From Octopus sinensis (taxonomy: Eukaryota): DNA of 64,000 nt. The notes below the pieces were generated by a model, which did not search any database, had not been told where the DNA came from, and saw only the letters and a program-made list of their open reading frames with translations. The DNA is taken from the NCBI RefSeq assembly GCF_006345805.1, contig NC_043000.1, positions 33,046,001 to 33,110,000 of the forward strand, in the 5' to 3' direction. The number at the start of each line of letters is the position of its first letter. The first letter of the stretch is position 1. This document shows, in pieces, positions 54,972 to 64,000 of the stretch. Position numbers and translations under genes: made by a program.

Positions 54972-55187
54972 CATATTGGTTTCAAATTTTGTTACAAGGC
55001 CAGCAGCTTTGGTGGGGGTGGGGTAAGGCGATTATATCGACCCCCAGTATCTGACCGGTACATTTATTATCGAGTCTGAAAGGATGAAAAGCAAAATCGT
55101 TCCCGGCGGAGTTTCAAATCAGAACGTAGAGTGGGATGAAAGGCATTTTTCCGGCACGCTAAAGATTGTGCCAGCTAGCGCCCTTAC
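54972..55187 (-). mobile_element. SINE family B, diverged
   Basis: aaaggatgaaaagcaaaatcg...ggcacgctaaagattgtgccagctagcgcc. Confidence 0.8.
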
Positions 55188-55830
55188 TCGTACGTAAGGA
55201 TACCAAGGAATCCGTTAGAACTGGGACAAAGTATTCCAATGGAACACCTGGATAGATTGGAACCCACTTCCATAAGGAAGTCTTCCAATCATTTAACCAC
55301 TTGGCCACGTCGCATCTACAATAAGTGAATTATCTCCTGTTTAATCTCGACACAGAATTTGTGTAATTTCTTACATAGGCACAACGGCTCCGACTAATAG
55401 ATGTGAGATGCTGTGGTGTAAATACTTTTCCGAATATATCTTCTCTGCCAAGGAGAGGTGCTACTGATGGCTTCTCTAACATAAGACGGGAAATAATTCA
55501 CTGCTGAATCCTGAAAAACTCGCTAACACTGCCCTCTGCCGAACTCTGCAAGGAACTGTACGAAGGCAAAATTCTTCTTCGTTTTAGAACTTGCAATTTG
55601 AACTGCATCACCCAGAAAACTGATTCTTTCCTGTACTCAAGGAGGTAGATTGAAATATATAAATGATTGTGTTTTGCTATTCGTATATAGACAACTACAT
55701 CATCTGTGTGTATACACACACACACACTTTTGTAAAGATTAGCAAATAATTGGTGAATATTATGTTAATAATTCCTGATCTTTCTTTGTGCGCGCATGCG
55801 TTTGTGCATTAGATGTGTATATATTAGTAA

Positions 55831-56062
55831 GGGCGGCGAGCTGGCAGAAACGTTAGCACGCCAGGCGAAATGCGTAGCCGTATTTCGCCTGCCGTTACAT
55901 TCTGAGTTCAAATTCCGCCGAGGTCGACTTTGCCTTTCATCCTTTCGAGGTCGATAAATAAAGTACCAGTTTCGCACTGGGGTCGATGTAATCGACTTAA
56001 TCCCTTTGTCTGTCCTTGTTTGTCCCCTCTATGTTTAGCCCCTTGTGGGCAATAAAGAAATA
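55831..56062 (+). mobile_element. Full-length SINE family B (young-looking)
   Basis: GGCGGCGAGCTGGCAGAAACGTTAG...GAGTTCAAATTCCGCCGAGGTCGACTTTGCC...AATAAAGAAAT. The central domain resembles the MetaSINE Meta domain (from recollection, unverified). Confidence 0.93.
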
Positions 56063-56523
56063 TATATTAGTGTATGTGTGAATGGTGACGTTCTTGTGTG
56101 AGTTAATAACAAATGAATTGCGTCCAGAGCCAAACGATTCCTCAAACTCATAAAATTACCCTTGATGAGTGATGGTGTCATGACGTCAACAAACGTCACA
56201 TGGGAAAGGAAGGTACTGCTATCAATAAGTCACTATTTTCTCTCTCTTCGCTTCTTACACAGAACCAGGAACAAGTTTCCAAAGAAAATGCAATGTCGTT
56301 CGTTTCTACGTATCTTTGAAAATATAGCTGTGGGAGACTGAATATTGCCTATAAAAAGAGAAGCTTTCTCACAAAATTTATTAGCACGGAAATTAATTGC
56401 ATTAGATCCGACTTGTTACAGGTGTCCTGTGATATAATTATATCCATATATTATATATATACCTCCAGGTAAATCTTTCCCGAATTTCCAGTGTATAGAT
56501 ATATAAATGCATGCATGCATGCT

Positions 56524-56555
<32 letters not shown>

Positions 56556-57429
56556 AACATACGTACGTACATACATACATACATACATACATACATACGT
56601 ACGTACGTACATTCATACATACATACATACATACATACATACATACATACATACATACATACATACATACATACACACACATACATGTACATAATACGTA
56701 TATATATGTCTATGCATAAATGTATGTACGTATGCTGTGTTTTCTAATCTGAATTATGGAGTGTGTGAGTTGTGTGTATGCGTGTATGCCTGTGTATGTG
56801 CTTGTGTGTATTTGTGTGTGAATGTTTTTGTCTGTATTTAATTGAGCATTTATTCGTATCATTAATGCGCAAAAGCATTTCGTCTCCCAATGTATTCAGA
56901 GTGGAAATATTTAACATTTGCTGACTAAACTTATATTATGTTCGTATACAGACAGATATCACCAAACACACAGACACACACACAGACACAGACACACACA
57001 CAGACACAGACACACACACACACACAACACACACACACACACACACATTGTTCGGTATTCTGATTAAGATAGCACAGCATTCCTAATGAGATGAATAAAC
57101 ACAGGTTTCGATTGATTTATTTTACGTAATTTACGTACCACAATTATGTAATTATACATTTAATGATAACTGTCTTAATGAAACAGTTGTTGAGCATAAT
57201 TAAAGTATGAACTGTAGGTGATATTTATGCTTTTCTTCTGCTGCTCTTAAACAACACTGTTTTAATCACTTCTGTATATACATACAAGTCGGTCCCGCCT
57301 GGATTTTCTGCAATTTAAGAACATGTTGCAATTTAATGATCTTTATTTACTCAGCTCTTAATTACAGTGGAGTTTTTACGTGATATTTATACATGAGTAT
57401 AAATATGGGTACACACACACATGTATATG

Positions 57430-57581
<152 letters not shown>

Positions 57582-57608
57582 GTACGTGTGTGTATGTAAA
57601 TGTAAATA

Positions 57609-58862
57609 TGTTGGGTCATCCCACAAATAATGCAGCTTTTTCTCAGTTGCATGAGCTAAAAGTCGGAGAGGGGCCTGCATCAACTTGCTATAAAAACTAG
57701 TAGTAATTTTACCTTGTCCTTATTCTTAGTGCAAGTTTTGAAGAGTGCAGTTTGATTTTAACAGTTATTTTTTCAAAGTTTTAATGGAAGTGACAAAGGA
57801 GCATATTCGGCATATTTTGCTTTATGAGTTCAATAAAGGCAACAACGAAATGAAAAGTGCGAAGAATATTAATGCAGTATATGGGGATCGGACAATAAGC
57901 GTAAGCCAATGTCATCAGTGATTCCAGAAATTCCAAGCCAGAAACTACAGCCTAGGAGACGAATCTCATCCAGAAAGATTTGTAGTGCTCGAAGAGACGT
58001 CCTGCAAACCCTGATGGAACAAAATCCCACCGTAACTGTTGAGGAACTAACACAGAAGCTGGGCTTTGGTCATTCAACCATCATCGACACATGTGTGCCA
58101 TCGGAAAAGTCAGCAAATTGGGTCAATGGGTTCCTCACAAACTTTCCGAGTATAATCGCGAGTAGAGATTGAATGCTTGCTCTTCTTTGCTGTCACGTCT
58201 CACAAATGAACCTTTTTTGGACCGAATAGTGAACTGGTGATGCGAAATGGGTTCCCTATAAAAATGTCGAGCGCCGAAAACAGTGGGTGAGGAAAGGCGA
58301 AACACTGGCACCCCAGGCTAAAAATAGTCTGTACTCACATAATGTGTTGTTATCTGTTTGGTGGGATATGAAAGGTTTAATCCACTTTGCACTTTTAAAC
58401 CCAAACCAAACGATAACAAAGGAGATCTACTGCGAACAGCTTGAGCGGCTTAAGTGAGCGCTTGAAGAAAAACGACCGTCTTTGGTTTCAAGACGATAAG
58501 GATAATGCTTGGCTACATACAGCGGGGATGACATTCCAAAGGCTGGAGCAGTTTGAATGGGAAACAATGCCCCACCCACCATATTCGCTGGATATTGCCC
58601 CATCTGATTATCATCTATTCCGCAGTCTTCAAAATCATTTGGACGGAAAAATATGAAATCTGTGGACGAGGTCAGAACAGTATTGGAGGAATATTGTTCG
58701 TCACGGACAAGTGAATTTTGGAAGAGGGTCCTTGCGAGTCTACTAGATATATGGAAGAGCATTGTAGAAAATGAAGGAGAGTATCTTTTAGATTAAAGAA
58801 AGGAAATTTGTTTTTCTTAATTTTGAAAAATAAAAGTATTTTATTTGTGGGATGACCCAATA
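57609..58862 (+). mobile_element. Near full-length mariner (D,D34D) transposon, transposase pseudogenised
   Basis: TIRs TTGGGTCATCCCACAAATAA / TTATTTGTGGGATGACCCAA in TA context. ATG at 57784 gives MEVTKEHIRHILLYEF; WVPH, TGDAKW, DNAWLH-(34 aa)-D in PYSLDIAPSDYHLFRSLQNHL. Confidence 0.95.
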
Positions 58863-59129
58863 TATGCACATGTATGTATCTTTGTATATGTACATACATA
58901 CTCAGTGAGTGATGATATATGCGCGTGTGTATATCTATCTATCTATCCGTCTATGTGTGTGTGTGTGTGTCTGTCTGTCCATCCGTCCGTCTGTCTCTCT
59001 TTCCATCTATCCATCCATCCATCTATCTCCCTCTCTCTCTAATAGAATTGCCTTGTACTTCGAGTATCTCTTTACCTCTTCTTCTCTCTCCTCCATCTGA
59101 ATTTATCCGCTCCGATGCACACTTGGACA

Positions 59130-59910
59130 AACTGGATACAATATCTAAAAACGGAGATGAAGAAATAGAAAAAAAGAAGGAAAATGAAAGCTTCTAAGGA
59201 AAGCAGCCCCGACTCCACCTGCCAAAACAGCGAAAAATGTATAGGAACCAAGCAAAAGCCTGATGAAAGAGAGTTCAGAGTCAAAAAGAAAAGTACAAAA
59301 AGAAGCGGCCAAAGAAACAAAACGATACGGGAAGTACAGTACCTGAAGTACTGTACATGAAATAGCATCTGTAAATTCCACCTTAAAGGTGTCTGCTTGT
59401 TTGAAGGGGGACGAAGCTCAGGCAGAACGCAACCCAAAGCAAAAAGCACTCTGCCCTTCAACAGCAAGATAGGACACAATCATGCCCAGAGGGACTTCTA
59501 TCCCAATACAGATCTGCTGTGAAGACCACTCAAAAGCCTGTATATAGATACAGTGCGAGCGTGGCACAAAAAATAGTGCAGCAGCTGTCCTGATTGCAAA
59601 CAAAACTAAGCCATGCAGACCCACACTCAAGACCGCCACAAAAGTAGACCCAGAGTGGCCACCATTGCCGCAAAACCTGGCGATTACATTAATTCGTTTG
59701 ATAAATACTCGAGACCTACAAAACAACAGCAAACGCGGAATTGCGTACCCGCGTACGTACCTGAGGGATCTTCCTGCATGCATTGCACTTACGAAGACAC
59801 GTCTGTCTACAGACATAAATGATGCAGAGATACGCATACCAGTGTATTCCACGCAGACAAAAGAGAAAGCAGTCACGGTAGTGTTGAGTTGTGCATCCGG
59901 GAAGATGTCA
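59130..59910 (+). mobile_element. 5' fragment (ORF1 remnant and APE start) of the CR1/L2-type LINE family
   Basis: IRLINTRDL...IALTKTRLSTDINDAEIRIP aligns with IQLMNTRGL...IAVTETHLSADIQDAEIHVP at 13.9-14.1 kb. Confidence 0.7.
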
Positions 59911-60039
59911 AACAACTAACCCCGTTGTCACTTCATTCCGTAACTCTAGTATTCTTATTCGCACATCCGGCAACCCTGGTCGCCTACTTAGTTGGCCATC
60001 TTAGCCCACTGAGATATTGAATATCTACAGGCATCATCT

Positions 60040-60530
60040 ATCTCTCATTTCTTGAATCGGTAGCTGCCTGTCTGATAACATCATCGTGGGGGGAAGTAAC
60101 GGAACTCTTTCAACCCCATTCTCAGTGAACTCTGGTTTGCTCTCGGGTTCGGTTTTGTCTCTCTATATACCGAGGAAGTGATGCTCCGATATCTGGGAAG
60201 AGCCGCTCGACTTGCTGGAATTCAGTCCCTAACAGACATCCCAGCCTCTTGCCCAAAGACTCGCAGTCTTCTCTCTGTGCCTTTTCTGCCGTTACTATAA
60301 TGATTACTGACCATCGGAGCTGGCTATATCGTGCTTACGTCATTGACGTGTCTGTCCCATTCATTTCCCCGCCTTTCATCACTCTTAGTGCATCCACCCC
60401 CTACTCTCAGAACATCAGCCCTTTGGAATATTTTCTCTGCCAGTGTTGTTCCTGTGGGTATTGACAATCGTAATTTTAAACGAAACCTTAGCAGCATCGA
60501 ACTCACAGGCCTTGGATGTCCACCAAATGT
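60040..60530 (+). mobile_element. Old LINE RT C-terminal remnant
   Basis: RAARL...QPLAQRLAVFSLCLFCRYYN..PSELA...RTSALWN...FKRNL. Confidence 0.65.
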
Positions 60531-60671
60531 CATGAACAATGATATCCAGACTCAACTAATAAAAAGGATGCAAAAAGGACAATCAGAGCCTAGGTTTGCA
60601 ACCAGTTCTTTGGTCTGTGGGACACAATATTCACGATCAACATAAAAATTAAAACAATATTTAAACTATAG

Positions 60672-60895
60672 AAGGCAGTGAGCTGGTAGAAACGTTAGCA
60701 CATCGGGCGAAATGCCTAGCAGTATTTCATCGGTCTTTACGTGCTGAGTTCAAATTCAGCCGAGGTCGACTTTGCTTTTCATCCTTTCGGGATCGATAAA
60801 TTAAGTACGAGTTGCGTACTTGGGTCGATCTAATCGACTGGCCCCCCTTCCTCAGAATTTCGAGCCTCGTGCCTAGAGTAGAAAAGAATGTTTAA
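60672..60895 (+). mobile_element. SINE family B
   Basis: ggcagtgagctggtagaaacgttagc...gagttcaaattcagccgaggtcgactttgc. Confidence 0.9.
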
Positions 60896-60919
60896 ACTAT
60901 ACTTTCTTTCGGTTGCTAT

Positions 60920-61114
60920 GGTATCCATATTTTCTATATTTGGTGGCGGTGCTCCAATATGAGCACACTCCATGAGACGGAACCAGTAAAAGAGTAAAAT
61001 ATACATTGAAAAAAGACAAAAGCAAACGTTAAATAAAAATAACGCAGCTACCAATATTGGTATGGGGTGTGGCCATAGTGGAGCACGGCCACCAAATATA
61101 GAAAACATGGATCC
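60920..61114. repeat. Inverted repeat with arms of about 48 bp
   Basis: atccatattttctatatttggtggcggtgctccaatatg versus ccatagtggagcacggccaccaaatatagaaaacatggat. Confidence 0.8.
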
Positions 61115-61879
61115 TTCAACAATGAGGAACTGCAGAATTGGAATGTTGTTCTGCTTATGCCTTGGCGTTGATAATAAATATTGTTGACTCTTTGAACACT
61201 GACTGGCAACCATTATCTTTGACAACTGTTCAACGATTAAATAACGCCGCAAGGAACCAGGTGGACGTAGCCATGGCAGCTTGGTTATGACTCACTTTGC
61301 AATCATGTGCTCCAGGTTCGATATCACTGCAAAATACGTTGCGTAGATGTCTTCTATTACAGTGTCGGGTTAAGCAATGCCATGTGCGAGAACTTTGGTA
61401 GAGCGGGAAACTGTACATAACCGTCATGTGTGTATGTATGTATGTATGTATGCATGTACAGTGTATGTATGTATGTATGTATGTATGTATGTATGTATGT
61501 ATGTATGTATGTATGTATGTATGTACGCATGTATGTATGTATGTATGTATGTATGTATGTATGTATGTATGTATGCATGTATGTATGTATGTATGTACGC
61601 ATGTATGTACGGTGTATGTATGTATTTATGTATGTATGTATGTGTGTATGCATGCATATATGTATGTATGCATGTATACATATATGTATGCATGTAAGTA
61701 TGTATGCATGTAAATATGTATGTATGTATGTATGTAGTATGCATGTATGTATGCATGTATGTACGCATGTATGTACGGTGTATGTATGTATTTATGTATG
61801 TATGTATGTGTGTATGCATGCATATATGTATGTATGCATGTATACATATATGTATGCATGTAAGTATGTATGCATGTAA

Positions 61880-61910
<31 letters not shown>

Positions 61911-61974
61911 TGTATGTATGTATGTATGCATGCATGTATGAATGTATGTAAGCATCTTTTGGAGTCAGTGAACG

Positions 61975-62190
61975 TGCAGATTTGTATGTTTTGTTTTATA
62001 TATGCATTCTCATGCATATAGTTGCATGTCTAGATATACCAATATATACTTAAATGATGTTAGTATATATGTATGTACGCCATCATTTGCTTTATTTCAA
62101 GATTTCTTGCCAATAGAGAAAGAACCGGTTTCTAACCTAGATCCAAGGCTCTTCCACTGGAATTTCAACATCAACAACAGCGTATTTTTG
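61975..62190 (-). mobile_element. Stacked orphan 3' ends: R4-like 3' UTR and the 42445-42560 module
   Basis: tgcagatttgtatg...tctcatgcatatag...tacttaaatgat matches 42615-42700; the second module follows. Confidence 0.75.
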
Positions 62191-62214
62191 TATGTATGCA
62201 TGTATGTTGCATGA

Positions 62215-62828
62215 TCGGGTCGTCGGCGACTAAACCGACAACCCCACCAAGCAAACTTAGTGAGGAGGGTGTTCATTGGATACCCTGCGGGATGAAAAAC
62301 AAAACCCGTCAAAGGGCGGAGGAACGCTTGAGAGTCAACGGCCATCCAATAAAAGTAGTTTTTTTTTTCTTCTTATGGCTTAAGGCTGTATCATGCGCGG
62401 AGACATAGAAATAATCGGACTGAATACCCGATCGCGCGGTTAAACCATTGGGAGTGAAGGACTCCTAGCCTTTGTTAGGGCATCCTTCTAGGAGAAGGTA
62501 ACTCAGGTAACTGGGCTAACTCCGACATAAAAACTGCGGCTCAGTGGTTACCGATTATGTTGACTTGCTCTTCTTTTCGGATTATGGCTGCTGTTGCTTA
62601 GTGAGTGGGATCGACTCAGTGTACAGCCTTTCCTCACTTAAAAAAAAATCTTCATGCACAGGCATTGCACGATAGCAACATTGTTCATAATTGTTGATAG
62701 TGCTGTGAGTCTCAACTGAATAGCTGGCTGTAGCCTTAAAAAGCAAATAAAAGTCACATTCGATAACAGCACCAATAACAGTTAAGCTTCGTGCAATGGC
62801 CATACTCGATAACGAGGGGTCAGCCATC

Positions 62829-62830
<2 letters not shown>
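62215..62830 (+). mobile_element. Probable RTE-type LINE 5' UTR and degenerate APE start
   Basis: ccccaccaagcaaacttagtgaggaggg...gcatccttctaggagaaggtaactc resembles RTE 5' regions. Protein similarity is weak. Confidence 0.4.
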
Positions 62831-62859
<29 letters not shown>

Positions 62860-62921
62860 TGTATGTATGTATGTATGTATGTATGTATGTATGTATGTAT
62901 GGATGGATGGATGGATGTATG

Positions 62922-62954
<33 letters not shown>

Positions 62955-62957
<3 letters not shown>

Positions 62958-64000
62958 GATTTGTATGTTTTGTTCTATGTATGTATTCTCATGCATATAG
63001 TTACACATCTAGACATGCTCATATATATCTGAATGATAAACGCCTGGGACGTTTTACAGATTTTTACAGTTCCAGTGATGGACTGAATCTGTAATCTTCG
63101 AACTAGCTTCTTCTTTCTGGTTTTTTAGAAGCCTAATCTCTCGAGATTGGTATTTAGCAAACCTGGGCACCAAATTGTTAATCTGCTAATCGTTAAATAA
63201 CGAAGTTAACATTTTTGTTAACGATTTAACTTTTAAGTTTTCTGTGGAAATCATTGTCAGATTAATTAACTTCCGTTACATTTAATTCCGTTAACTTAAG
63301 TCAACTTAAGTTAACTTCCGTTAACTTCAATTCGATTGAAGTGAACGGATTTTATAGTTTTGGCACTGTTTAAAGGAGTTTTGGGTGGTTTTAGACCAAA
63401 AACTGAATTTTTGTACTTTTCTATAATAAGAATTAACGTTAACTGTTTATCGATAACTTCTTTTACATTAGGAAATTATTAACTAATTAACGGTTATCGA
63501 AGTTAACTTATTTGGTTAACGGATTGACAGTTATGAACTTAACTTTCGATTAACGGTGCCCACCTTTGGTATTTAGGCAGTGTGTTACATATCCCAGGGC
63601 CCCAATAATTACAGGTATAAACCTGAGCTTGTAATCTGGAAAGAATAACTGCAGATTTCTCAATAATTCTGCATAGGTTTTTTTTTCACTGATCTTCAGC
63701 TTTATGTCAACATCCACTGGACAGCTAATTTCCACAACTCTGCTCAGTTTCTCTTCTCTATCACGAATCATTATGTCAGGTTTATTGTGTATACATTTTA
63801 TTGAAGTTTTCACTGGAAAATTCTACAACTACTCCCTTTTAGTACGAGTGGCTATGGCTTTTACCATATTGTGGGTTCTTATTTCTTTGTCTTCGGGATT
63901 ATCTTTCCAACGGATTTCGTTATAGAGTGTCCTAGCTACGACGTCATGTCTCATCGGTAGAAAATATCGTGATGACATTTTCGGACAACTGCTTACGATA
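62955..64000 (-). mobile_element. Second long R4/Dong-like copy (continues beyond the window), interrupted by a MITE
   Basis: HNKPDIMIRDREEKLSRVVEISCPVDVDIKLKISEKKTYAELLRNLQL...IPVIIGALG; collinear with 42615-43260. Confidence 0.88.
63158..63568. mobile_element. hAT MITE, 411 bp
   Basis: TIRs CAAACCTGGGCACC / GGTGCCCACCTTTG. Perfect 8-bp TSD GTATTTAG at 63150-63157 and 63569-63576. Interior rich in GTTAAC. Confidence 0.9.

Overview
Gene-poor, AT-rich eukaryotic (metazoan) DNA that is almost entirely microsatellites ((TA)n, (CA)n, (GA)n, (TATC)n, (TATG)n, (ATT)n) and decayed mobile elements. The SINE repertoire and microsatellite load suggest an Octopus (coleoid cephalopod) intron or intergenic region; this is an inference. 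No intact host gene, rRNA, genuine tRNA or CRISPR array can be supported, and nearly all track ORFs are microsatellite read-throughs. Recognisable elements: a near full-length decayed CR1/L2-type APE-RT LINE (13.6-17.2 kb) plus two other fragments of that family; two Tx1/L1-like 3' ends; a 5'-truncated HERO-like and several R4/Dong-like RLE LINEs embedded in (TATG)n; a Gypsy integrase remnant; a near full-length mariner (D,D34D) and a Tigger/pogo remnant; two hAT MITEs with 8-bp TSDs; and many tRNA-derived SINE copies of at least five families (my labels A-E). Main points of interest: (1) at least five unrelated short repeat families carry minimal hammerhead-ribozyme-like motifs, including a tRNA-headed SINE with a hammerhead-like 3' module; (2) apparent microsatellite-targeted retroelements, into (TATG)n and (ATT)n; (3) a 3' tail shared between SINE A and the CR1/L2-type LINE; (4) a 358-bp spacerless palindrome and a 34-bp hairpin minisatellite. 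All alignments and folds were done by eye, so boundaries are approximate unless a TSD or TIR is quoted.
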